A stretch of 64,000 bases of DNA from Cyanobacteria bacterium auto_48_18 (lineage in GTDB: Bacteria > Cyanobacteriota > Vampirovibrionia > Obscuribacterales > Obscuribacteraceae): positions 192,001-256,000 of the forward strand of contig JAVHQC010000033.1 in assembly GCA_036170915.1 (NCBI GenBank), written 5' to 3'. Below the pieces are notes generated by a model, which did no database searches, was not told the origin of the DNA, and worked only from the letters and a program-made list of their open reading frames with translations. The position numbers and the translations under genes were made by a program. Positions 55,736 through 64,000 of this stretch are shown here, one piece after another (positions within the stretch are counted from its first letter, which is position 1; each line of letters starts with the position of its first letter).

Positions 55736-56275
55736 ATGACGTTTAAGGTTACGACAGCAATCACACTTCTTGCACTGGCTCTATCTTTTGCTGTTGAGCA
55801 GGCGCATGCACAAGGTGCCAGCAGAAAAGAGCAAATTCACCAGAGCTTGCTCAAGTGTTATGAACAGATGGGAAAAACTGTTGAGCAGGGGCAGGAATAT
55901 GCCACTCTGATAGCTTTGAGACCGAATGATGGTGTGTTGCGTTATAACTATGGCCATCTTTTGCAAACATTAGGCAATAAAAAAGGTGCTCTTGCTCAAT
56001 TTAAGGCAGCGGCGCAATATTCTCCCGGTAACACTGATATTCGGGGAACTTATGGTCAGATGTTGCTCTATGCTGGTGACTATCAAGGCGCTTACAACAA
56101 TTTGGGCGCTGCCATGCAAATGGCTGGTGGTGAGAAATACAGGGCAGGTTTTACTGCTGCGCAACAATATTTGCAGCAGCAACAACAGCAGCGTATGCTT
56201 AATCAACAGAATGCGCCTGGTCCAGCTGCTAAGGGTCCTGGTGCTAAGAAACACGTTGACGAAGACGACGAATAG
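55736..56275 (+). CDS. Secreted TPR protein
   Basis: Signal peptide from ATG 55736, TPRs (RYNYGHLLQTLGNKKGALAQFKAA) and a poly-Q tail. Confidence 0.7.
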   Translation: MTFKVTTAITLLALALSFAVEQAHAQGASRKEQIHQSLLKCYEQMGKTVEQGQEYATLIALRPNDGVLRYNYGHLLQTLGNKKGALAQFKAAAQYSPGNTDIRGTYGQMLLYAGDYQGAYNNLGAAMQMAGGEKYRAGFTAAQQYLQQQQQQRMLNQQNAPGPAAKGPGAKKHVDEDDE

Positions 56276-56305
56276 TTTTCACTTACCGCACTCACTGAAC
56301 TTTAT

Positions 56306-56335
56306 AGAAAGAGCCCCCGGGGCTCTTTCTTGTTT
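56306..56335 (+). terminator. Intrinsic terminator-like hairpin
   Basis: AGAAAGAGCCC-CCG-GGGCTCTTTCT followed by TGTTT, 30 nt after the stop codon. Confidence 0.65.
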
Positions 56336-56475
56336 ACTAATAAGAAATTAGACGCAATTTGCTCGCAGTACTAGCGTGAAGTCAACGTGAAGTGCTTAGA
56401 TGGAATTAGAGGAAGTTTTGTTTGAGTGGCTCTTGAACAAAGCGGGCCCCGCTGTGCTTAATCAGGAGCTTAGAT

Positions 56476-57480
56476 ATGAAATATAGAACACTGGTCCCGT
56501 TACTGGCAGCCACATTTTCGCTTGCTATGAATCTTCCGGTCGTGGCCTTAGATGGTGTAGACGACGTGGGCGCATTCAATTCCATCACAGTCACTCGCAA
56601 GGCGAGAGAAGCGGCTAAACAAGCTGAAAGCGGTCAGTGGCCGCAAGCGCTTGATGCCTATAGACAAGCGCTTGGTTTAGATCCAAATGCCAGTGATTTA
56701 AATTATGGTCTGTATAATTCGGCGGTGCATGTGCAAAATTGGAACCTGGCCGGTCAGGCTTTAGAGAAGATTTTTGAGTTTGAGCCTGGTGCTAAACCTC
56801 ATCTAAAAGCAGAGTATGGGCAGGTTCTGACTAATCAGGGTCGCTTTGACGAAGCGGTGCCGGTTTTGAAATTAGCCCTCGCGGCACCAGACTCTGACCA
56901 GTATTTTCTCGGCAACAAAATAAAAGAGTTGATGACAAAAACTGCCAAAGTAGTCGTCAAAGAAAGTGTGCCGCTCACTGCTGAAGAAATGGAAGGACTG
57001 CGCCAGAAAGAAGCTCCACGAGTAGTTCCACAGGTGCCGATTATTTACGGCAAAGATGTGAACGTGCAAAAATCGAAGGCAGCCAAATCTTTTGAGAACG
57101 CATTTTCGTACAGTGAGTTTATTGCTATCTGTACATATGAAAGCTATGAAAAGGCCGATGATATCTCATTCTTTAACCCACCCAGAGCACATTTTCGTAT
57201 CGACAAAATTTTGAAAGGCCCTAATCTAAACAGGGCGATGCCGGTGCGTTTTGAGTTTCATGATAAGACCGCCACAGAAAAACCTCAGGGTTGGGAATTC
57301 TCAGATAGCATGATGCCTAAAAAAGGTTCTAAGTGGATATTGTTTACTGATGCGGCCATTCCCACCGAAACTGCTCAAAATTCTTTTGAAACTTTTCGCG
57401 GCAATTATGGCCGCATGGAAGCGACTAAAGAAAATCTGGACGAAATTTACAGAGTCAGGGCTTTGCACCAGGGGCAGTGA
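56476..57480 (+). CDS. Secreted TPR protein (paralog B)
   Basis: AGGAG RBS. Shares DDVG.FNSITVTR.AREAAKQA and PVRFEFHDKTA...FETFRGN.GRMEAT with paralog A. Confidence 0.72.
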   Translation: MKYRTLVPLLAATFSLAMNLPVVALDGVDDVGAFNSITVTRKAREAAKQAESGQWPQALDAYRQALGLDPNASDLNYGLYNSAVHVQNWNLAGQALEKIFEFEPGAKPHLKAEYGQVLTNQGRFDEAVPVLKLALAAPDSDQYFLGNKIKELMTKTAKVVVKESVPLTAEEMEGLRQKEAPRVVPQVPIIYGKDVNVQKSKAAKSFENAFSYSEFIAICTYESYEKADDISFFNPPRAHFRIDKILKGPNLNRAMPVRFEFHDKTATEKPQGWEFSDSMMPKKGSKWILFTDAAIPTETAQNSFETFRGNYGRMEATKENLDEIYRVRALHQGQ

Positions 57481-57507
57481 CAGTATCGACTAAATAGAGA
57501 TTTAGAA

Positions 57508-59577
57508 TCAGTGGGTCAACTCGTCGTCGCATTCAACGTCGTCTAAAACGATTTGATTGCGACCACGTTTTTTGGCCAAATACAGCCGTCTGTCTGACAC
57601 CTGAACCAGCTCAAAGACAGATTCGCCATCTTTAGGATATTCGGCGATGCCACCAGAAAAACTTACCGAGAATTCTTCACCCTTGTCACCGGTGTATTTT
57701 AATTTTGTGAATTCATCCAGCACACGCGATACAGCCAGGTGCATCGTGCCCAGCGTCTCCCGTTTAAAGGCAAGAATAAATTCTTCACCACCCCAGCGGC
57801 CGCGCAAGTCATCTACACGGAAGCGCCTTGACAGAAGCTGACCGAGACCGGCCAAGACTTTGTCGCCTGCAAGGTGACCATAGCTGTCATTGACCTTTTT
57901 AAAATGATCAACGTCAAGCAAACAAATAGTAAAAGTAGTCTTGAGACGTTGTGCTTCTGCCAGAATTGCCGAGAGTTGCTCTGAAAAAGCCCGTCGTAAA
58001 AGCAGCCCTGTGGTAGTGTCTTTGTCTGAGCGATCTTTGAGCATGCGTGCTCGGTCAAGGCGCACTTTTACTCTGGTCAAAAGTTCTTCGTTGACTACAG
58101 GCTTAGGTAAGTAGTCGTCGCCGCCAGAGCGGAAAGCTTCAAGTCTGGCTTCTACTCCCACCTGACCAGTGAGGAAAATAATTGGCAAATCTTGCCAACG
58201 CGGAATTTGTCTGAGCATGCGACAGACTTCAAAACCTGTTACTGCCGGCATCATTACGTCGAGTAACAAAAGCTCCGGTGGATACTCTTGCATGGTTTCT
58301 AAAATTTGCGAAGGATCATTGATGATGCGCACGATCATGCCTTCGTTGCGTAGCACCAGTGCCACGGTATTGCAGAAAAATTCGTCGTCGTCGCAGATGA
58401 GAATGCGCGGTCTGCCACCCTGCCTGATGTTGACTAAATGCTGTACCGCTTTTTCCAGCGCGTCTGATTCAAGAGGTTTATCAAGGTACAGTGAAGCTCC
58501 TGCGTGAGCCGCTTCTACTCTGTCTTTTATCAGAGCCTGGCCAGAAATAAACGCCAGAGGTAAGTTTTCGAAACCTGGTAGTTCTCTCAGTTCACGAGCC
58601 AATCTGAATGACTCATCCGGATGTTCCGGAATAACGTTAATCAGCGCAGCATCAAGTGCGTAGACAACGGCTTTCTCAATTGCTTCTTTGTGATTGGTGG
58701 CGCGAATGATATCAACAAGCCGCTGCTTACCTAACTCGTGCACTATGGCTAGAAAGTCACTGTCAGAGTCTACGACCAATATGCGGGTCATAGCCGGGTT
58801 GTTCGGCACTTGTTTTACGGCGTCTGAATTGTTTACTGCTTGATTGATCTCGCGGCATTCTGCCTCGCCCGCCAATTGTGCCTCAACCAGCTTGCGATCA
58901 AGTTCCGCCCAGGCAATCAGCTGCTCTTCTCTTGATTGACTAGGCAGCACAATGGCCGCTTCTTCAATGAAATTCATATGGTCTGACACTTGCCTGAAGC
59001 CGAGAGATCCGCCTGTACCTTTTATCTTGTGCGCCAGGGCCTGTACTTCGGCTATTAACTCGAGATTGCCGGGTTCAGCTTTGGCCTTTTCAATGGCGTT
59101 CGAAAGATCGGCAATTCTGGTGGGTAATACTCGAGCGTACTTAGTAACGAGAGCCAAAAACATGGTCTCGAAATCTTTCATCTTTTGTTTGGCTGCTTCT
59201 GACTTATCACCATCGAACTGATGATCAATCTGAGCGCCAAAAATGTATGGAATGAGCGGCTTGTACACCATTAGTGATACCGATAGATCTGGTGTCACGA
59301 GTGGTTTGAGAGTATCAAAATGCTTCTGGTCTTGTGCCACCAGAATTACTTTGGCTGAGTTGCCGTTAGCCCGCAGTTTAGCCAGCCAGCTAACATCAGA
59401 CGTGTCTTTAATTGGACTGGCCAAAATAATCAGATCCAGGTCTTCACGGTTGAGAACACCAGTGGAGTCTTCGTTGTTGTCGGTTTGCAGAACCGTATGG
59501 CCTCTGCCTTCCAATACAGACGAGACAAGTTTAGAAAACTGCTTGTCTTCGTCAAAGAGGAGAATGTTTTTGCCCAT
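57508..59577 (-). CDS. Multi-receiver/Hpt diguanylate cyclase (REC-Hpt-REC-REC-GGDEF)
   Basis: Hpt AHKIKGTGGSLG, third REC LLLLDVMMP, DVDHFKKVNDSYGHLAGD, RVDD I-site and GGEEF. Confidence 0.88.
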   Translation of the reverse strand: MGKNILLFDEDKQFSKLVSSVLEGRGHTVLQTDNNEDSTGVLNREDLDLIILASPIKDTSDVSWLAKLRANGNSAKVILVAQDQKHFDTLKPLVTPDLSVSLMVYKPLIPYIFGAQIDHQFDGDKSEAAKQKMKDFETMFLALVTKYARVLPTRIADLSNAIEKAKAEPGNLELIAEVQALAHKIKGTGGSLGFRQVSDHMNFIEEAAIVLPSQSREEQLIAWAELDRKLVEAQLAGEAECREINQAVNNSDAVKQVPNNPAMTRILVVDSDSDFLAIVHELGKQRLVDIIRATNHKEAIEKAVVYALDAALINVIPEHPDESFRLARELRELPGFENLPLAFISGQALIKDRVEAAHAGASLYLDKPLESDALEKAVQHLVNIRQGGRPRILICDDDEFFCNTVALVLRNEGMIVRIINDPSQILETMQEYPPELLLLDVMMPAVTGFEVCRMLRQIPRWQDLPIIFLTGQVGVEARLEAFRSGGDDYLPKPVVNEELLTRVKVRLDRARMLKDRSDKDTTTGLLLRRAFSEQLSAILAEAQRLKTTFTICLLDVDHFKKVNDSYGHLAGDKVLAGLGQLLSRRFRVDDLRGRWGGEEFILAFKRETLGTMHLAVSRVLDEFTKLKYTGDKGEEFSVSFSGGIAEYPKDGESVFELVQVSDRRLYLAKKRGRNQIVLDDVECDDELTH

Positions 59578-59606
59578 AGTCGCTACAAAACCAATGCCAG
59601 AGTTGT

Positions 59607-61190
59607 TTACAGAGGTAGGTCAGTTCTGAGTTTCCTTGGGTTTTGCCAGCCCATTTCTTCAAGCGCATCATCAAAGCTGACGCGCATTCTTTCGCAATAA
59701 TTGAGAGCCATAATTACTTGTTCGATTTTCATCAAACCTTCTCTAATCAGGGGCAGGCTGGTTAGAGCCGCGTCTACTGTTTTGCTGTTGACTTTTCCGG
59801 CTGCTTCGAGAATTTGTACGATGTCTCCACCGTGTTTTTTGCGCACATTCATGGCAGTAGTGAGATCGCTTTCAGTCAGTAACTGTGCTTTCTGTAAAAT
59901 ATCGAAAGCACCCTTAAGGTCTCTGCCTTGCCCTTGTGCAGGTGCGGCAGTCTTATTTCCGCCAGGTGCGGGTGTCGGAGCAGGCTTATTGCCGCCACCA
60001 CCGCTGCTACCACTAATACTATTGGTGCTCTTATCAAAGTCACCCTTGGTCAAATACTGATCAATAGATGAGCCCATGGCGTGCAATCTTTTCAATACTT
60101 CAGGCGCTTTTTCGTGGCTCATCTTTTCTTCGCGCACCAGCTCTTGCAGCTTAAGTGCGGCTTCAAGAGTAGGTTCGCTTATGAGGCCAGCTTCTTTGAG
60201 CATAGAACCAATTAAGATGTTGGCCCGTTTATCAATCAAATGATAATCGAGTGGAATTTTTGCTTCCATCATCTCTTGTGGATACACAGGAGATTGCTGA
60301 GAATATTGTTGCGGCATTTGTTGCTGGCCGTAATTCATTTGATTCTGCGGCGGATATTGATTATTTTGCGGCGGATAACCTTGCGGCATCATGTTTTGCA
60401 TTTGCTGCGGCATCTGCTGCATTTGTTGTTGCGGCATTTGCCCAGGCATCTGACCAGGCATCTGACCAGGCATCTGCTGCATATTTTGTTGCATATAAGG
60501 GTACGGAGCACCCTGTGGCTGCTGCTGACCATATTGTGATGGCATGCCCTGGTAGGTTCCAGCAGGGGGAGGCGCAGGTGGCAAATTTGTGGAAGACGCG
60601 GTCTGTGCCGGTTGGGCGTAGAGTGGGTTTTGTGGGTAGCCGGGCGGATTTTGAGCCACCGGTGCTTGCCCAGGTAAAGGAACCATAGGCGTCAGGGGAG
60701 ACATTGGGGAAAGTCCGGGAGCCAGAGACGGGGCCAAACCGGGCCCTCCAGCCATGGACGAAACACCAACATTGGCATTTAAATCAGGTTCGCCAAAACT
60801 CTCTGCTTCAGCACGGGGTTTAAGCTCATCAGGAATTTCTAACGGAGTCGACGAACCGGCCGACATTGAAAGAATGTCGTACAAAAATTCTAAATCTTGA
60901 GGGGCGAATGGCTGAGTCCACACCACTTTAGAATTGTTGTCGATTTCTTCATACAGAGTCCATACAGGGTCCTTTAACGATTCGTCCCACTGACAGGTCA
61001 AAATGAAAGATTTGCGGTCTGAATCTGGCCATGGCATTTCAATCAGGGTGCCGCGCTTGTTCTGAGCCTCTTCCAACAACACGCGCACCTTGCTCAGGGA
61101 GGGGCAAGATGGCTCTGTGGGTAAACGATGACGTCTGGAACCCACTCCAGATGGTTCTTCGTTAGGCTTTTTTGGCGGTAGTTTGTTCAT
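59607..61190 (-). CDS. Hypothetical protein: N-terminal globular domain, P/Q/M-rich linker and MshEN-like C-terminal repeats
   Basis: IGSMLKEAGLISEPTLEAALKLQ and FDILQKAQLLTESDL, with QMPG repeats in the linker. Confidence 0.6.
   Translation of the reverse strand: MNKLPPKKPNEEPSGVGSRRHRLPTEPSCPSLSKVRVLLEEAQNKRGTLIEMPWPDSDRKSFILTCQWDESLKDPVWTLYEEIDNNSKVVWTQPFAPQDLEFLYDILSMSAGSSTPLEIPDELKPRAEAESFGEPDLNANVGVSSMAGGPGLAPSLAPGLSPMSPLTPMVPLPGQAPVAQNPPGYPQNPLYAQPAQTASSTNLPPAPPPAGTYQGMPSQYGQQQPQGAPYPYMQQNMQQMPGQMPGQMPGQMPQQQMQQMPQQMQNMMPQGYPPQNNQYPPQNQMNYGQQQMPQQYSQQSPVYPQEMMEAKIPLDYHLIDKRANILIGSMLKEAGLISEPTLEAALKLQELVREEKMSHEKAPEVLKRLHAMGSSIDQYLTKGDFDKSTNSISGSSGGGGNKPAPTPAPGGNKTAAPAQGQGRDLKGAFDILQKAQLLTESDLTTAMNVRKKHGGDIVQILEAAGKVNSKTVDAALTSLPLIREGLMKIEQVIMALNYCERMRVSFDDALEEMGWQNPRKLRTDLPL
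60421..60480 (-). repeat. 12-bp tandem repeats encoding QMPG/QMPQ
   Basis: ccaggcatctga is repeated around 60442-60477, within the low-complexity linker. Confidence 0.7.
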
Positions 61191-61246
61191 AGTTTCCCCA
61201 GTGAAAGTCCTGATTGCCTGATTTCTTTATGCCACAAATAATACTT

Positions 61247-62584
61247 TTAGCTCTGATTTAGAGAAAAATTTGCTCTCAAGCCTTGCCAACAGCTCAAATA
61301 GTCTGGTTGCAGATATTCTGTTTCCATCGCTAGTTTAGTAGGCGTGTAAATCAAAGAGCTTTCGAACATGAAAGCGAGAGTATTGCCCACATAATTTGGT
61401 TTTAAATCATCTTGTGAAGCTTTGTTGAAAGTTTCAAAATCAGGACCATGAGCTGAAAGAGCATTGTGCAGCGAACCACCACCCGGCACAAAACCTTCCT
61501 GTTTGGCATCATATACACCAAATATTAAACCCATATATTCGCTCATGGTATTGCGATGATAGTAGGGTGGTCGGAAGGTGTGTTCAGCCACCATCCACCG
61601 CGGTGGAAAAATAACAAAGTCCACATTGGCGCTGCCGTCCACTTCAGAAGGCGAAGTGAGCACTGTAAATATAGACGGATCCGGATGATCGAAGCTAACG
61701 GTGCCAATTGCATTAAAAAGCGACAGGTCATATTTGTACGGATAATAAGTGCCGTGCCAACCCACCACATCTAGTGGCGAATGTTCAATGTCGGCCTGCC
61801 AGAGGTTGCCGTTAAACTTGTTGGTCAATTTAAATTTGGCGCCATTCACCGGTGCCGATTTTTGTTCATAAACAGCTGTAGGAGCTAGAAAATCGCGACT
61901 GTTGGCCAGCCCGTTCGAGCCAATGGGCCCCAGATGAGGCAACTTAAAGGGAGGCCCGTAGTTTTCTAGAATATAACCGCGAGCGGTTTTATCAGGCAGT
62001 GAAATTTGATATTTGATGCCGCGTGGTATCACTGCAATTTCGCCGGGTTTAATTTCGATGATACCAAACTCGGTGGCAATCTTTAGTCGGCCTTGTTCAG
62101 GCACTATGAGAAAATCACCATCGCTGTTGTAAAAATAGCGATCGGTCATATCGCAGTTGGCGCCATATAAGTGAATCGCCGAGCCGCGCAAGCTCGACAT
62201 ATCACCGTTGCCGGCTAGAGTTGTGAGGCTGTCGATGAAATCTACAGCACCACTCTGCGGCAGAGCAAAAGCATTCCAGCGCAATTGATTTGGTGATGCT
62301 TCCACCTCAGTGAATGGCCGGCTACGCAAATTTAAGTTAGGCAGCCGGCTAAACTGCGAATGTAGCACTGATGGTCTAATGCGATACAACCAGCTGCGCA
62401 GATTTTCGTGGCGGGCCATGACAAAAGAAGTACCGCTCAGCTGTTCGGCGTAAAGACCATATTTGACTTTTTGAGGCGAATTTTGGCCGTGCGGCACTGC
62501 GCCAGGTTCTGCTTCAGAAATAAATTGGTTGCCGAAACCGCTCAAATAATTGAGGCGATCTTGCGTGTCACTGGCCACCGTCAT
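61247..62584 (-). CDS. hmgA: Homogentisate 1,2-dioxygenase
   Basis: YLSGFGN, GQNSPQK, LYAEQLSGT, WLYRIRPSV, DHPDPSIFTVLT, DFVIFPPRW, FRPPYYHRN.MSE, HGPD. Confidence 0.96.
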   Translation of the reverse strand: MTVASDTQDRLNYLSGFGNQFISEAEPGAVPHGQNSPQKVKYGLYAEQLSGTSFVMARHENLRSWLYRIRPSVLHSQFSRLPNLNLRSRPFTEVEASPNQLRWNAFALPQSGAVDFIDSLTTLAGNGDMSSLRGSAIHLYGANCDMTDRYFYNSDGDFLIVPEQGRLKIATEFGIIEIKPGEIAVIPRGIKYQISLPDKTARGYILENYGPPFKLPHLGPIGSNGLANSRDFLAPTAVYEQKSAPVNGAKFKLTNKFNGNLWQADIEHSPLDVVGWHGTYYPYKYDLSLFNAIGTVSFDHPDPSIFTVLTSPSEVDGSANVDFVIFPPRWMVAEHTFRPPYYHRNTMSEYMGLIFGVYDAKQEGFVPGGGSLHNALSAHGPDFETFNKASQDDLKPNYVGNTLAFMFESSLIYTPTKLAMETEYLQPDYLSCWQGLRANFSLNQS

Positions 62585-62598
62585 CTAAATTTGACTCC

Positions 62599-62955
62599 TT
62601 AGCTTTTCATGAAAATAGCGCGAGCATGCTGATCCATTTTTGTGGCCTCAGCTTCACGACCGGCTGCTCTGAGCATTTTGGCGTAATTTTCGTAGATGCC
62701 TATCAAGTCGGCATGCAAGGGCCCGAGAGCTTTTTGTCTTACTTCAAGAGCGCGTTTATAGTGCTGCTCGGCTTCAGGATATTTGCCCTGATTTCTCAAA
62801 CAGTTGGCTAAATTATTCAGTGAATTGGCGAGCTTAGGATCTTTGGCATCAAAACCTTCTGCTTCTTTGATGGCAGAGCGGAACAGGTCTTCGGCTTCCT
62901 GGGGTTTCCCTTGGTTCATGGCATTTTGTGCCATAAGGTTGTAACGTTCCCACAT
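62599..62955 (-). CDS. Tetratricopeptide repeat protein (kinesin-light-chain-type TPR)
   Basis: SLNNLANCLRNQGKYPEAEQHYKRALEVRQKALGPLH. Confidence 0.85.
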   Translation of the reverse strand: MWERYNLMAQNAMNQGKPQEAEDLFRSAIKEAEGFDAKDPKLANSLNNLANCLRNQGKYPEAEQHYKRALEVRQKALGPLHADLIGIYENYAKMLRAAGREAEATKMDQHARAIFMKS

Positions 62956-63121
62956 AGCATTGTCCTCTGGCGATAAGTAAGACTAAGTGCCGGTCCTTGC
63001 GACTTTTCACTGTTTGAAAACTTGACGCAAGCACTAAAACTTATAAGTGCATAGTGTAGATCAACTCTCTTGGATAAACTTAGGCTAGTATGCTTTTCAG
63101 ACTTAATTTTGGGGCTATCAA

Positions 63122-64000
63122 GTGTTGAACGACAAACAGAAAAAGAACCTCTGGCTGGGCATCATAGCCATGGTTGCCATGGGCATCTATCCGCCATGGA
63201 AAGAATTTGGCACAGTGGAGCGGCCTTCAGTTTTTGCCCCTATAAATCAACCACCAGCTGTCAGTGCCGAAGTTAGTCGAGTAGATATTGACTTCTCGCG
63301 CCTTGGCATCGAATTGTTTCTGGCCACTCTAGTTACTGGAGCCTTGGTTGCTACTGCAGGCGGCCGTCCCGATCCGCCTTCATTCATTCCGGCCGGCAAT
63401 AAAACTGTTTCAGGGGCCAATATTGATAACGAAATTAGTCGAGGTTCTTCGACCTCGAGCACTAATAATGGTGGTGCCAAAGCTGTCAAGACGACTCGAG
63501 TTGAATTGCCGCAGAATTATTATCTGGGAGAAATTTTTGTAGAGTCTGACGATGACGCCGATTATTGGGACGACTATTGTCCTGCCAAAGGGGCCATTGA
63601 TTTGCCTAAGGGCAAAAAAATTCAGCTCGAATTAGCTAAGGATATTAAAGTCGATTTTTCTTTCCTCAGCGCTTTTCCTAGCGATGCTCTTTATTCAGTT
63701 GATGCCAGCGATGCTCAAGTGAGCGACGAAGATTTGAGCAAACTTGGCGCGCTTACATCTATCAAAGAACTTGATCTTTCAGGCACCAGTATTGGTAGCA
63801 CTGGAGTTACTTATCTAAAATCTCTAGGTCGTCTGGAAAAATTGTGGCTTGATCGCACAGCCATTGATGACCAGTGCGTTCCAGCATTGATCTCCCTCAA
63901 TAAATTGAAGAAACTTTCAATCTCCGAAACCAAATTAAATGATCTGGCACTGGAGAACTTAAAGAAAGACTTGCCTAATTGCGAAGTGATTACCGCTTAG
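63122..64000 (+). CDS. Membrane-anchored leucine-rich repeat protein
   Basis: Two N-terminal hydrophobic helices and LRRs (LTSIKELDLSGTSI, LEKLWLDRTAI, LKKLSISETKL). TAG stop at 63998-64000. Confidence 0.78.
   Translation: MLNDKQKKNLWLGIIAMVAMGIYPPWKEFGTVERPSVFAPINQPPAVSAEVSRVDIDFSRLGIELFLATLVTGALVATAGGRPDPPSFIPAGNKTVSGANIDNEISRGSSTSSTNNGGAKAVKTTRVELPQNYYLGEIFVESDDDADYWDDYCPAKGAIDLPKGKKIQLELAKDIKVDFSFLSAFPSDALYSVDASDAQVSDEDLSKLGALTSIKELDLSGTSIGSTGVTYLKSLGRLEKLWLDRTAIDDQCVPALISLNKLKKLSISETKLNDLALENLKKDLPNCEVITA

Overview
Bacterial chromosomal window with about 55 CDSs and no rRNA, tRNA, CRISPR array, transposase or integrase that I can see. The many TPR/LRR, DUF4388-GGDEF and 'LGxxLxxAGLI'-repeat proteins suggest Obscuribacterales/Melainabacteria, but that is inference. 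(1) 1-5614: the tail of a type IV secretion/conjugation locus (VirB4-like C-terminus, VirB8/TcpC-like, VirD4-like coupling protein), followed by a serpin. (2) 5744-19628, the best candidate for an undescribed system: a tightly coupled 12-gene minus-strand operon behind a Fur/Zur-type palindrome. It encodes an AspH-type 2OG-Fe(II) hydroxylase (probable ATT start), a ParB/Srx (SbnI/SerK-like) putative kinase, two paralogous CooC-like ATPases with CxH motifs, a DAP-decarboxylase-family PLP enzyme, a cysteine synthase-rhodanese fusion, a cysteine desulfurase, an FAD oxidoreductase, a GNAT, a Fur/Zur regulator and two SAM methyltransferases. It looks like a metal-regulated, sulfur-incorporating small-molecule or cofactor pathway with no NRPS, NIS synthetase or transporter. 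(3) 20167-21057: an orphan Replic_Relax-type relaxase-like gene. (4) Mostly housekeeping and accessory genes. (5) 41516-50048: a bacillithiol-type operon (bshA, bshB1, a half-length BshC-like protein) co-oriented with a Na+:solute symporter, a 47-aa membrane protein absent from the ORF track, a large secreted PIG-L protein and a Cys-bearing HxlR regulator with a perfect palindrome. (6) c-di-GMP signalling genes, duplicated TPR genes, hmgA and an LRR protein. All functional calls come from motif recognition by eye; no database searches were run.
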